A DNA stretch of 64,000 nucleotides from Planktothrix pseudagardhii. Lineage in GTDB: Bacteria; Cyanobacteriota; Cyanobacteriia; Cyanobacteriales; Microcoleaceae. A program made the translations under genes and the position numbers. The DNA lies in contig NZ_LR882967.1 in assembly GCF_904830925.1 (NCBI RefSeq), positions 3,682,106-3,746,105 of the forward strand, written 5' to 3'. Positions 18,463 through 28,485 of the stretch are shown here, piece after piece (position 1 is the first letter of the stretch; every line of letters starts with the position of its first letter). Below the pieces are notes generated by a model that did no database searches, had not been told where the DNA came from, and saw only the letters and a program-made list of their open reading frames with translations.

Positions 18463-20025
18463 CTAAGCTGGAACTTGAGTTTGCAGTTGAGCTTTTTGAG
18501 CTTTATATTCAGCTAACTGTTGTTCAATTTCGGTTTTGACAATTTGCCGATATTCTAAGAAATGCTCATTATGGGCGCATAAGGTTAAATAATGATCCCA
18601 AACGGCGGGATTATGTTTGATAATACTGAACAAATATTGCCAAAATTTCCAACGGGTTTTGCGTTTAAATCCTTGTCGCCAAATCACAGTGGCTAAGGCT
18701 TTTAAATCAATAAAACTCGGTATTTTACCCGGAGGATGACATTTAGGTGCGCCTAACTTTAAGAAACAGCGATAGGTGCGTTCTAAATACCGTTCAGGAT
18801 CATAAAGTTGCCAAAAGGTTTCAATATATTCTTCAGCAATTTCTTCAACGGGACGAGTGGGAATAAAGTTAATTAAAGTGGTTTGGTTAATATCAAACTT
18901 TTTGGGATTAATTAACCGTCCTTCTTTTTCTAAACGAGTCCATAGTGCCGTATTCGGTAAGGCTTGTAACATACTAAATAAAGCCGTTGGAATGGCAGCT
19001 TGTTCCACAAAGTCAATAATTCGAGAACCAGCACCGGGTTTTTCGCCATCAAACCCTAGAATAAATCCCGCCATCGGACGTAAACCAGCCCGGATAATTT
19101 TATCAACGGCTTCTAATAAGGGACTGCGGTTATTTTGATATTTTTTAGTCAGTTCTAAGCTACTGGTATCGGGGGTTTCAATGCCTAAAAATACCGCATC
19201 AAAATTACACTCTACCATCAAATCCATTAATTCAGCATCATCCGCTAAGTCTACGGAAGCTTCTGTATTAAACCGGAAGGGATATTGATGTTCGGCTTGC
19301 CAAATTTTTAAGGCTTTTAACAATAATTTGACATTGCGTTTATTGCCAATAAAATTATCATCCACCATGAACACCCCTCGTCGCCATCCCAGTTCATAGA
19401 GATAATCTAATTCTTTTAATAATTGTTCAGGGGTTTTGGTGCGGGGTTTGCGACCATAAAGCACAATAATGTCACAAAATTCACATTGAAACGGACATCC
19501 CCGTGAAAACTGTACCGACATGGAATCATAAGCATCCAATTCTAATAAGTCGTAACGGGGAATAGGCGTTAAGGTGACACTGGGTTTTTCTGGGGTACGA
19601 AATACCCCGGATGTTTCCCCCCGTTCAATCGCTTCAACAAACATCGGAAGGGTGATTTCCCCTTCATCTAAAATCAGAAAATCTGCTCCGGCGGTTTCAA
19701 TTTCATGGGGAACAGACGTGGGGTAGGGGCCACCAACAGCCACTAATTTTCCTCGTCTTTTCGCTTCTTGAATTTGAGCGATAAAATCGGATTTTTGAAC
19801 AATCATTCCTGAAAGAATGACTAATTCTGCCCAATCCCAATCCGCTTCACTCACAGAGGTAATATTGCGATCAACCAGTTTAAATTCCCAAGTTTGAGGC
19901 AAAATTGCCGCCACTGTAATTAATCCTAAAGGAGGTAATAAGACTTTGCGATTAACTAATTCCAGAATTTTTTCATACGACCAAAAAGTAGGAGGAAATT
20001 CAGGATAAATCAATAATGTTTTCAT
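18463..20025 (-). CDS. B12-binding domain radical SAM protein
   Basis: 520 aa; N-terminal cobalamin-binding Rossmann region, CPFQCEFC (Cx3Cx2C) radical SAM cluster motif. Confidence 0.75.
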   Translation of the reverse strand: MKTLLIYPEFPPTFWSYEKILELVNRKVLLPPLGLITVAAILPQTWEFKLVDRNITSVSEADWDWAELVILSGMIVQKSDFIAQIQEAKRRGKLVAVGGPYPTSVPHEIETAGADFLILDEGEITLPMFVEAIERGETSGVFRTPEKPSVTLTPIPRYDLLELDAYDSMSVQFSRGCPFQCEFCDIIVLYGRKPRTKTPEQLLKELDYLYELGWRRGVFMVDDNFIGNKRNVKLLLKALKIWQAEHQYPFRFNTEASVDLADDAELMDLMVECNFDAVFLGIETPDTSSLELTKKYQNNRSPLLEAVDKIIRAGLRPMAGFILGFDGEKPGAGSRIIDFVEQAAIPTALFSMLQALPNTALWTRLEKEGRLINPKKFDINQTTLINFIPTRPVEEIAEEYIETFWQLYDPERYLERTYRCFLKLGAPKCHPPGKIPSFIDLKALATVIWRQGFKRKTRWKFWQYLFSIIKHNPAVWDHYLTLCAHNEHFLEYRQIVKTEIEQQLAEYKAQKAQLQTQVPA

Positions 20026-20179
20026 GGAAAAAAGGGTAATTGTGAGTTAAAATGTTAACGTAGAATCTCAATTTGTTAAATTCTCCCTGAAAAATCCTCC
20101 TTGGGTAGCCGAGTTAGTCTCTCCGCGCTATCATAACAAACGTTAACATTTCATCAAATCATACAGGGTTATCACCACT

Positions 20180-20641
20180 ATGGCCGTTAAAGTCGGAGAT
20201 ATGGCTCCTGATTTCACCTTGACTTCGCAAACGGGCGAATCAGTTAGCCTTAAGGACTTCCAAGGAAAAAAATCCGTTGTCCTCTACTTTTATCCCAAAG
20301 ATGATACTCCGGGCTGTACGGCGGAAGCCTGTGGCTTTCGAGATAGCTATCAAGTCTTTAAAGATGCGGGTGCAGAAGTGATTGGGATTAGTTCCGATAG
20401 TACCCAATCTCATCAACAGTTTGTCAAAAAATACAATCTTCCGTTTATTTTGTTGAGTGATACTGGAAATAAAGTTCGTCAACTCTATGGTGTTCCAGCC
20501 GCACTGTGGATTCTCCCCGGTCGTGTGACATACATTATTGATAAAGACGGTGTGGTGCGACATCTGTTTGATTCGATGCTAGAGTTTCAGCGTCACGTTG
20601 ACGAAGCCTTAACCACTCTCAAGACTATTGCGGTTTCTTAG
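20180..20641 (+). CDS. bcp: peroxiredoxin Bcp/PrxQ (AhpC/TSA family)
   Basis: 153 aa; [19 protein letters not shown] active-site motif. Confidence 0.85.
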   Translation: MAVKVGDMAPDFTLTSQTGESVSLKDFQGKKSVVLYFYPKDDTPGCTAEACGFRDSYQVFKDAGAEVIGISSDSTQSHQQFVKKYNLPFILLSDTGNKVRQLYGVPAALWILPGRVTYIIDKDGVVRHLFDSMLEFQRHVDEALTTLKTIAVS

Positions 20642-21794
20642 CCTAAATCCTAATCCGAGTGATCGGTTCTCGTCGATGAATATAGACTATCAAAATACCC
20701 TGACACACTTGAGGCAAGAATTCTCTCGAACTTTGTCCCAACTTGTCCAACTTTTACCTCAGTTGATGCTGGCTGTGGGGGTCGGCTATTTATTCAACGG
20801 GTTGCACTTTCCTGTGGGATGGCTGATTGGCCCGATGGTGGCGGGCATTCTTTATGCCGTGTTTCGAGGAAAACCCCAGCCCCTACCCCCGATATTTTTT
20901 ATCGTAGGTCAGGCTATTGTTGCGATCGCTACGGCTACAGGGTTTTCCTTGCATACCCTAGGGTTAATGAAAACTTACGCTTTTCCCCTGATAATCTGTA
21001 TTGTGATCACTGGGGGAATGAGTGTCTTAAATGGCTATTTATTAGGGCGTTGGGGTAATCTTGATCGGGCGACGGGGTTCCTCAGTTGTGTTCCTGGGGC
21101 GAGTTACAGTTTAATTGCTATGAGTGAGGCAATGGGAGCCGATGCGATCGCCGTTGCCCTGTTACAATATCTACGAATTTTATTAGTAGCTGTTATTGTT
21201 CCCACCATTGTGGGTTACTGGTTTGCAGGGGATGGGACTGTTCATTCTGTTTTGTCTATCTCAACTCCCAATATATCCGTATTACCTCCCCTTTTAAACT
21301 TTTTTCTGTTAGCGAGTTGTGGTGGATTAGGGATTGTTTTAGGAGAGAAATTTCGCCTCCCCTCTTCGTTGTTTTTTGGGCCTTTTTTGGTCAGCTTAAT
21401 TCTATTTTGGATACTGCCCTATTGTATTCAAATGCCCCCTTTAATCTTTACCATTGGGCTATTGTTTGTGGGGTTTTCTATAGGGTTAAAGTTTGACTGG
21501 AACAATGCTAAAACACTTTGGAAAGCTGTTTTAATTGAAATCATTTTAGTTCTACTATTAATTTTATTTTGTTTAGGCGCGGGTTATATCTTCCATGAAA
21601 TCACCCAAGTCGATACCATGACTGCTATATTAGGTTCCACACCGGGAGGAATTACAGCTATGATTGCAACCGTAATTCAACTGGGGGGAGACTCTGGAAT
21701 TGTATTAGCGATGCAAATGACCCGAATGTTATTGATCTTATTAATTAGTCCTTGGTTTGGAAATCTATTAATTAAAAATTCAAAGCTTATCTAA
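20628..21794 (+). CDS. AbrB-duplication family membrane protein (putative transporter)
   Basis: 388 aa, ~10 TM helices with internal duplication; resembles the pfam AbrB (AmoA-like) membrane family; alternative start at 20676. Confidence 0.45.
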   Translation: MRFLSLNPNPSDRFSSMNIDYQNTLTHLRQEFSRTLSQLVQLLPQLMLAVGVGYLFNGLHFPVGWLIGPMVAGILYAVFRGKPQPLPPIFFIVGQAIVAIATATGFSLHTLGLMKTYAFPLIICIVITGGMSVLNGYLLGRWGNLDRATGFLSCVPGASYSLIAMSEAMGADAIAVALLQYLRILLVAVIVPTIVGYWFAGDGTVHSVLSISTPNISVLPPLLNFFLLASCGGLGIVLGEKFRLPSSLFFGPFLVSLILFWILPYCIQMPPLIFTIGLLFVGFSIGLKFDWNNAKTLWKAVLIEIILVLLLILFCLGAGYIFHEITQVDTMTAILGSTPGGITAMIATVIQLGGDSGIVLAMQMTRMLLILLISPWFGNLLIKNSKLI

Positions 21795-21844
21795 CTTCAC
21801 TCCCTGGAAAAAACCGGGTTTTGGGTTTTTATGTTAACTTTATC

Positions 21845-22160
21845 TAATAGGTTTCTAAAAATACTTTTGTTTTTTAAAAGATTGTCAGGGAATCCTGATA
21901 TTTTATTAAAAATATTTCTCAAAAAGTTGACGAGATGATCGCGGTTCTGGTATAGTGTGAAAAACACCCTCCAAGGGTTTATTGTGTCTATAGCCCAAAA
22001 TTAAGTCTGAAACCATGATTCTTTCGTAAAATCTTTTGAGTTTCGCTGCCAATTGCTACCCTGCGATGCGCGAATTTTGGACAAAAATGATTGCCTGAGA
22101 AACAGGGGGATTGACAAAAAGCAAAATTTGTGCATTGAGGAACAAGGCATGGGCTTTTTC
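21845..22160 (-). repeat. copy B of a ~300-bp dispersed repeat (inverted relative to the copy at 42330-42640)
   Basis: manual alignment: ~80-85% identity over ~300 bp to the reverse complement of 42330-42640; includes the Cys-rich 63-aa ORF 21988-22179(-). Confidence 0.7.
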
Positions 22161-22237
22161 CCAAAAACCCGATTTCCACCTCGAACAGTTCACTCTTATT
22201 AAAAACCGTTATAATTTTACCCTAAACTCAATATATT

Positions 22238-23317
22238 GTGTCTGAACTGCTACAACAAACAGAATCCTATTTAAAACAAAAGATTTACCCCCAGGCTAAT
22301 CAAATAGATGAATGTTCAAAAGCCCTGAATCAAGCCTTTAAGGAATTAGGAGAATTAGGGGTTTTAGGATTAAGAATTCCCCAGGGTTGGGGAGGACGAC
22401 AACTCGACGCAGAAACCTTTTTTAAATTTCAAGAATTAATCGCCCGTTATTCAGGTGCCTTAGCCTTTTTGCAAACTCAACATCAAAGTGTTGCTGGGAT
22501 GTTAATTCAAAGCTCTAATACTCAATTACAAGCAGATTATTTACCCCGAATAAGTCATGGAATTGCTAAAATTGGAGTCGGTTTTTCCCATTTAAGACGA
22601 TTAGGAAATCCCTCAATTATTGCTATTCCCAGACCAGGAGGATATCAACTTAATGGCTTTGTTCCTTGGATAACAGGATGGGGAATTTTTGAAGAATTTG
22701 TAGTTGCTGCAATATTACCGGATGGTCAATCTGTTTGGGGGTTAGTCCCCTTTTGCGAACAAAAAATAGGAGAAAGTACGATAGCATTAAGTCCTCCCCT
22801 GTCCCTTTGCGGCATGACTTCCACTAATACCGTAACAGCAACCTTTACCCAATGGTTTTTACCAGCAGAAAAAGTCGTTTCTATTCATCCCGTTGGCTGG
22901 ATACAAGACAATGATCAAGCCAAAGTTCTACAAGCTAGTTTTTTAGTATTAGGCTGTGCAAGAGCCGGATTAGATATTGTAGAAACAGCCTTTCAAAAAA
23001 CAAAATTTTACGTTATTCAAGATGCCTTTAATTCTTTAAATCAAGAACTCAATCAATGTCGCTCTCAAATATTTTCGGCTCAAAATCATCCTCAAACTCT
23101 GAATACTTCACAAAAATATAAACTCCGCGCCTGGGCGATAGAATTAGCCGTGCGTTGTGCCCATGCTGCGATAACAGTTTCCAGTGGTGCGGCAAATTTA
23201 AACAGCAATTCTGCCCAAAGAATCTATCGAGAAGCGTTAGTTTTTACGGTATCCGGTCAAACAACAGAATTAATGAAAGCCACCCTAGAAAAAATTAAGC
23301 ATTGTAGGGTTTTATAA
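22238..23317 (+). CDS. acyl-CoA dehydrogenase family protein (GTG start)
   Basis: 359 aa; N-terminal alpha domain, central beta-barrel and C-terminal helical domain pattern of ACADs (GLRIPQGWGG..., YSGALAFLQTQ). Confidence 0.5.
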   Translation: MSELLQQTESYLKQKIYPQANQIDECSKALNQAFKELGELGVLGLRIPQGWGGRQLDAETFFKFQELIARYSGALAFLQTQHQSVAGMLIQSSNTQLQADYLPRISHGIAKIGVGFSHLRRLGNPSIIAIPRPGGYQLNGFVPWITGWGIFEEFVVAAILPDGQSVWGLVPFCEQKIGESTIALSPPLSLCGMTSTNTVTATFTQWFLPAEKVVSIHPVGWIQDNDQAKVLQASFLVLGCARAGLDIVETAFQKTKFYVIQDAFNSLNQELNQCRSQIFSAQNHPQTLNTSQKYKLRAWAIELAVRCAHAAITVSSGAANLNSNSAQRIYREALVFTVSGQTTELMKATLEKIKHCRVL

Positions 23318-23407
23318 TCTGTGTTGTAACTTGAATGGTTAGTCCACTTACCATTATGGTAGATTGCTATGATAGAATATCTCTAAAATCATTAATCTAT
23401 TGATTAA

Positions 23408-24235
23408 TTGAGAGCTATGTCACCACCCCAAGAAACACTCCTAAATGGGATAATATTACCGCCCACGCAAGATGAACTACCTTGTGACGATGGAGTCCCG
23501 ATGGAAACTCAACGCCATAAACTGCAAATGGATTTACTGATTGATCAGTTAATTCCTTGGTTAGAACAACGAGAAGATGGTTATGTTGGGGGAAATATGT
23601 TCCTCTATTTTAGTTTAGCCCAAGTGCGGAACCAAGACTTCAAAGGCCCTGATTTTTTTGCCGTATTAGGCGTTCCCAAAAAAGAACGAAAAAGTTGGGT
23701 CGTTTGGGAAGAAGGAAAAGCCCCCGATGTGATTATTGAATTATTATCACAAAGTACCGCATCAGAAGATAAAACCAACAAAAAATTGATCTATCAAAAT
23801 CAAGTTCGGGTTCCTGAATATTTTTGGTATGATCCCTTTAATCCCGATGATTGGGCAGGATTTACGTTAATTAATGGCAGTTATGAACCTATTTTTCCTG
23901 ATCACTTTAATCAATTATTCAGTCAACAATTAGGGTTATCCTTAGTGCGATGGTCAGGTGTTTACAAGACAGTTGAAACGGTCTGGTTAAGATGGGCAAC
24001 TTCAGAAGGTGAAATTCTGCCTACACCCGATGAATTATCCGCCCACAAAGCCGAACAAGCCCAACGTCAAGCCGAGGAAGCTCAACGCCAAGCCGAGGAA
24101 GCTCAACGCCAAGCCGAAGAAGCTCAACGCCAAACCGAAGAAGCTCAACAGCGTTCCCAAGAGTTAGAAACGTTGCTAAACCGTTACCGTCAACAGTTCG
24201 GCGAATTACCCGAATCTAGTTCTGATCAATTTTGA
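23408..24235 (+). CDS. Uma2-family (DUF820) putative restriction-endonuclease-like protein with C-terminal EEAQRQA repeats
   Basis: 275 aa; core PD-(D/E)xK-like Uma2 region (DVIIELLS); C-terminus carries four tandem heptad repeats encoded by a 21-nt DNA tandem repeat at ~24055-24150. Confidence 0.75.
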   Translation: MRAMSPPQETLLNGIILPPTQDELPCDDGVPMETQRHKLQMDLLIDQLIPWLEQREDGYVGGNMFLYFSLAQVRNQDFKGPDFFAVLGVPKKERKSWVVWEEGKAPDVIIELLSQSTASEDKTNKKLIYQNQVRVPEYFWYDPFNPDDWAGFTLINGSYEPIFPDHFNQLFSQQLGLSLVRWSGVYKTVETVWLRWATSEGEILPTPDELSAHKAEQAQRQAEEAQRQAEEAQRQAEEAQRQTEEAQQRSQELETLLNRYRQQFGELPESSSDQF

Positions 24236-24307
24236 GAACAAACAGGGTATTCTCAAAATAGGTGCTATTCAAGCCAACTAATCAAGAATCTGAGGAAGGT
24301 ATTAGCC

Positions 24308-24733
24308 ATGAATCCCGTTGAGAAGGAATCCTTAGAAAGGCAATATGGGGCAGATCGTATGCGCCGAATGGAACGCTCTAAGCAGGTACAAAAAGTCATT
24401 ATGATCTTATCAATGCTTGCTTTTTTTGGTTCTACCATATTTGGATTAGGAAAAGTGTTTAAAGGTGTATTTGAACCTGAACCCCAACCAACTCAAACCA
24501 CAGAAGAACAATCTGCAACCGCTTTATTACAAAAGCAAGAAAACGGTTATGAAACTGTACTCAAACGAGAACCGAATAACCCAACAGCTTTGGAAGGTTT
24601 AGTGAAGGTTAGACTAGAAAAAAATAATATTCAAGGAGCAATTGAACCATTAGAAACCTTGATAAAATTATATCCTGATCGGCAAGATTATCAACAGTTG
24701 TTAACTCAATTAAAACAGGGAAATCAAAAATAA
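24308..24733 (+). CDS. membrane-anchored TPR-like protein
   Basis: 141 aa; one TM helix then a TPR-like segment; paralogous to the N-terminal region of the protein at 48372-49313. Confidence 0.5.
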   Translation: MNPVEKESLERQYGADRMRRMERSKQVQKVIMILSMLAFFGSTIFGLGKVFKGVFEPEPQPTQTTEEQSATALLQKQENGYETVLKREPNNPTALEGLVKVRLEKNNIQGAIEPLETLIKLYPDRQDYQQLLTQLKQGNQK

Positions 24734-24741
24734 ATCCCGTC

Positions 24742-25101
24742 ATGAAACATTTAGATTACTGGAGAAAACAGCAAAAACAGCAACAGTTAGAAGATCAAAT
24801 TAGAACGGAACAAGCCAGAACAGAAGTTCAAGGGATTGTTAAAGTATTAATAGAACAATTTTCTATTAAAAAAGTTATTTTGTTTGGTTCTTTAGTTCGA
24901 GGAAAATTTCATGAAAACTCTGATATTGATTTAGCGGTAGAAGGAGTGCCAAAAAAGGATTATTTTACAGCCGTTGCGATCGCTAATAATTTAACATCCC
25001 GATGGGTAGATTTAAAACCCCTAGAAGACTTAGAACCTCACTTTCGAGAAAGGGTTTTAACAACAGGAGAATGTGTTTATGAAGCCAATGTCAGCGAGTA
25101 A
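24742..25101 (+). CDS. MNT-type nucleotidyltransferase (MntA-like antitoxin family)
   Basis: 119 aa; GSLVRGKFHENSDIDLAV motif (GS...DxD) of the Pol-beta nucleotidyltransferase fold. Confidence 0.7.
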   Translation: MKHLDYWRKQQKQQQLEDQIRTEQARTEVQGIVKVLIEQFSIKKVILFGSLVRGKFHENSDIDLAVEGVPKKDYFTAVAIANNLTSRWVDLKPLEDLEPHFRERVLTTGECVYEANVSE

Positions 25102-25218
25102 AATTCGGGAACTAGCGACGGATATTGAAATTGAGTTAGAACGTTTAGGACAGTTGGAATTAACAATCGCTCAAGTCCATAATGAAATTCAACGAAATTC
25201 AGAAAGAACACCAATTTT

Positions 25219-28200
25219 TTATGAAAGTCTAGCCTTAATGACAGCTTGATAAAATTCTTCTAAAGCCGTCACACAAACTTGATCATCAAACAGAAGATGT
25301 TGGCGTTCACTCATCTGTTGAGAAATTGTTTCACGTCCTATACAATCTAACCCTAATTTGACCGCAATTTCAAGATATTCTGCTTCATTTTTGGCAATAG
25401 TTTCTGTTAAACCTATCATTTTTAGAAAACTATCCGCATGGCGACCTCGCATAAATTCCCCAGGACAGGTTACAATGGGTAAATAACAAGCGATCGCTTC
25501 TAAAGAGGTATTTCCTCCCGACCAAGTAAAGGTATCTAAAAACACATCCGAAAGTTGGTTTAACATTAAATAATCAAAGCGTTCGTCAACTTTTCGATGT
25601 AAACAATAATCCTGATAATTTAAGCCATAGTTGGAAAAAGTTTGATTTAAGCGTTCATTAAGTAATGTTCCTCGGAAAAATAAAAACTTAGCGTTCGGAA
25701 CTTTGAGTGCTATTTTAGGTAAAATATAATCATATTGGGGAAGATATTTAAAGGGAGCTTGACAACATAAATAAATCACCGCATCTTCGGGTAGATTATA
25801 GTCTGATCGAGTTTTAACTAACGGTGGAATATCTTGAGGTTTTGGATAAGCAACCCCAATATTAGGTAATAAAATTAAGGTTTCTGAATAATGTTCCTGT
25901 GCATTTTCCGGTTCCATTAATTGACTTGATAGGAAATAATCAATGGTTGGGAGTCCTGATGTGACGGGATGACCCCAAGCGGTGCATTGAATGGGTGCTA
26001 AACGTAAGGTGGCGAGTTCCATTGTTGGGGGGTTCATCCCAATTTCGGGATAAACTAAAATATGCAGTTGATCCTTAATAATTTGTTCACAAACGGCTTC
26101 AAAATTGTTAGGAATATGATAAAATTGATGGCTATATTGTCTAAATTGTTCCGTAACAGGATCAGGAGAATTCCCGGTATAATAAGCGTAAATTTCAAAC
26201 TGATTCCGGTTAGCATAGCGTAACCAACCAATTAACCACAGTGAACCACTATAACAATGCAAATAACTAGAAACATATCCCACTCGAATTTTATCCTTAA
26301 CTGTTGGTAGGGTTAGCGGTTGAACCCACTGAGGATATTTTAAGCACATAATTTGATGCAGAAAATTGCCATAAATTTTTTGTTCTTCAATCACATTTCT
26401 CGCTTGATACCCTAAATAAAAGTTGGTAAATCGTCCCATTCCTAAAAATGCTTGATCTACCGTTTCAGGATTAGTTAAATCTGTGGTTGCAATTAAATTT
26501 TGTAATCCTTGATTAAACCGATCTCGATAATTGTTGATTTCCTCAATAGAGTGGTACAACATCGGTACTATGAGATTTTTAAGCAGGGTAAAGGTATAAT
26601 CTTTGGGTAAGCATTCTGAGGCGATTTCCGCTTGTTTAACAGCTTCTTCTGTTCTTCCTTGATAAAGAAGGTTCATAATTAATGTAAAGTGAAGGGGAGC
26701 AAAATCAGGATATATTTTTGTTCCAATTTTCAAGATATCTATGGCATCATTCGGTTGATTGAGTTGCCAGTAACAGTGATTGAGTTTTTCATAAAGATCA
26801 ACATCTCCTACTTGCAAATTTAGGATTTTTTGATATTCTGTGATCGCTGCTTCATAATTGCCTAATTGGTACAAGCGATCGCCAAAACTACGATAATAAG
26901 AAATCGGATTTTTTTCAATTTCATCCGTTAGAGCTAAGTTATGCAGAATATCAGGCTGATCTGGAATAATCCTTAAACCTTTTTGATAGGTTGCTTTAGC
27001 GAATTGAAATTGATTTTGCAATAAAAATAAATTGCCTAAATTCAGGTAACTACAAAAATGATTAGGGTTAATCTCTATGGCTTGACGATAAATTGTTTCT
27101 GCTTCTGCAAATTGCCCTTGTTGCGTTAAGAGATTTCCTAAGTTATTATAAGCATCAATATGATCGGGTTTTAATTCGATTGTTTTTTGGTAAGCTGCGA
27201 TCGCTTGTTCAACTTGATTCAATTTTTCATAACTCATTCCTAAATAATAATAAGCTAAATTATTAGTTTGATCTTGGTTTAAAACATGAGATAATATTAA
27301 GATAGATTGAAAATAATTTTCTTTTTGGTAATATAAAATTCCTAAATTAACCCAAACTTCGGTGTTTTCTTCTTGCCATCTAAGCAATAATTTATAGTGA
27401 TTTTCAGCTAAATCCAACTGTTGGTTTTGATGAGCAGTTATCCCTTGTTGATAAATTTGTTGTAACTGTTCGTTTGTGGGTTTTTGTTCTGCTAATTCAA
27501 GAATTCCTTGGATGACAGAATCTTGACGTTGTGCTTGAAATATTTGCACTGAATAATTAAACGTTCTTTTCTGATTCCAACTTAAGACTTGAATTTGATC
27601 AGGGAGATGACAATTTACTAAAATAGACAATTCTGGAAACAGTTTTGCTTGTGGAAAAGAGGCTAGAAAATCCCAGATTGCTTGCTGAACAAAACTAATA
27701 TTTCCATGATCAACAATAATTAAAGCTGAATCCGATAAAAGGGGTTTAGCTAATAATAAAGCTAATAAAGTAGAACGATAATCGGTCGAACTCTGGACAA
27801 CATAAACTCCTATTTTAATCTCCGTTTCCAGTTGTCGCAGTTCTAATAAAAATTCTTCTACATCTTGGTTATAAAAACAAACCTGTTCCTCCAGGTTAAA
27901 CTGATGTAAATTTTTAAATAACTGTTCTAAACCTTCACCTTTTGGTGTAAAATCAGGATTGTCATTAATAGCATAGGCAATAGCTTCTGGTTGATTCAAA
28001 AGCGCACCAATCAATGTTAAACCCTGTTGTGTTCCAATCTCACAATAAATTTCATTGGGTTCCAGACTAGCAACCGCACAGTTGAGTAACGGGAGCAAAT
28101 TCTGGGGAAACTGCTCTGAAGCGAGGTTAAGCAACTGCTGAAACCGTTTATATTGCGGGTGGACAAAGACAGTTCCCCATTGTTCATATAAACGGGGTAG

Positions 28201-28233
28201 TTCTTGAATAAAGCGTTGATCATCCATAGTCAA
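25219..28233 (-). CDS. methyltransferase-like domain + TPR array + GT41 (O-GlcNAc-transferase-like) glycosyltransferase
   Basis: 1004 aa; ~12 TPR units in the middle; C-terminal GT41 catalytic halves (RVGYVSSYLH..., PIQCTAWGHPVTSG...); the N-terminal ~230 aa resemble a class I SAM methyltransferase. Confidence 0.75.
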   Translation of the reverse strand: MTMDDQRFIQELPRLYEQWGTVFVHPQYKRFQQLLNLASEQFPQNLLPLLNCAVASLEPNEIYCEIGTQQGLTLIGALLNQPEAIAYAINDNPDFTPKGEGLEQLFKNLHQFNLEEQVCFYNQDVEEFLLELRQLETEIKIGVYVVQSSTDYRSTLLALLLAKPLLSDSALIIVDHGNISFVQQAIWDFLASFPQAKLFPELSILVNCHLPDQIQVLSWNQKRTFNYSVQIFQAQRQDSVIQGILELAEQKPTNEQLQQIYQQGITAHQNQQLDLAENHYKLLLRWQEENTEVWVNLGILYYQKENYFQSILILSHVLNQDQTNNLAYYYLGMSYEKLNQVEQAIAAYQKTIELKPDHIDAYNNLGNLLTQQGQFAEAETIYRQAIEINPNHFCSYLNLGNLFLLQNQFQFAKATYQKGLRIIPDQPDILHNLALTDEIEKNPISYYRSFGDRLYQLGNYEAAITEYQKILNLQVGDVDLYEKLNHCYWQLNQPNDAIDILKIGTKIYPDFAPLHFTLIMNLLYQGRTEEAVKQAEIASECLPKDYTFTLLKNLIVPMLYHSIEEINNYRDRFNQGLQNLIATTDLTNPETVDQAFLGMGRFTNFYLGYQARNVIEEQKIYGNFLHQIMCLKYPQWVQPLTLPTVKDKIRVGYVSSYLHCYSGSLWLIGWLRYANRNQFEIYAYYTGNSPDPVTEQFRQYSHQFYHIPNNFEAVCEQIIKDQLHILVYPEIGMNPPTMELATLRLAPIQCTAWGHPVTSGLPTIDYFLSSQLMEPENAQEHYSETLILLPNIGVAYPKPQDIPPLVKTRSDYNLPEDAVIYLCCQAPFKYLPQYDYILPKIALKVPNAKFLFFRGTLLNERLNQTFSNYGLNYQDYCLHRKVDERFDYLMLNQLSDVFLDTFTWSGGNTSLEAIACYLPIVTCPGEFMRGRHADSFLKMIGLTETIAKNEAEYLEIAVKLGLDCIGRETISQQMSERQHLLFDDQVCVTALEEFYQAVIKARLS

Positions 28234-28485
28234 ACTTAGGAGCGTTGAATAGAGCCTATATAATATAGTACAAGCTTGTCATAGGCAATGAGTTGAATTT
28301 GCATTAAAAGAAACCTGATCGTTTATGGGATTATATCGGGTATTATAGGAGTACAGTAACTTTCACTGAATCTAAGCATTAACTTAGTAGTATTTAGACT
28401 AAGAAAGCTCAATTTTTTCTGATTATCTTAAGCCAATTAATCTACATAAAATTAGTAATATTAATAGATTCATTAGTATTACTAA

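Noticed and set aside
18857-21058. ORFs 18857-19138(+), 20240-20563(-) and 20819-21058(+)
   Set aside because: Antisense or alternate-frame ORFs inside the radical SAM, bcp and AbrB-family genes.
22238-23317. Considered whether the acyl-CoA dehydrogenase-like ORF is part of a defence or secondary-metabolite cluster with the upstream repeat
   Set aside because: No neighbouring biosynthetic or defence genes; it is flanked by a membrane protein and a Uma2 endonuclease. There is insufficient evidence.
28017-28223. ORF 28017-28223(-)
   Set aside because: Alternate frame inside the 25219-28233 gene.
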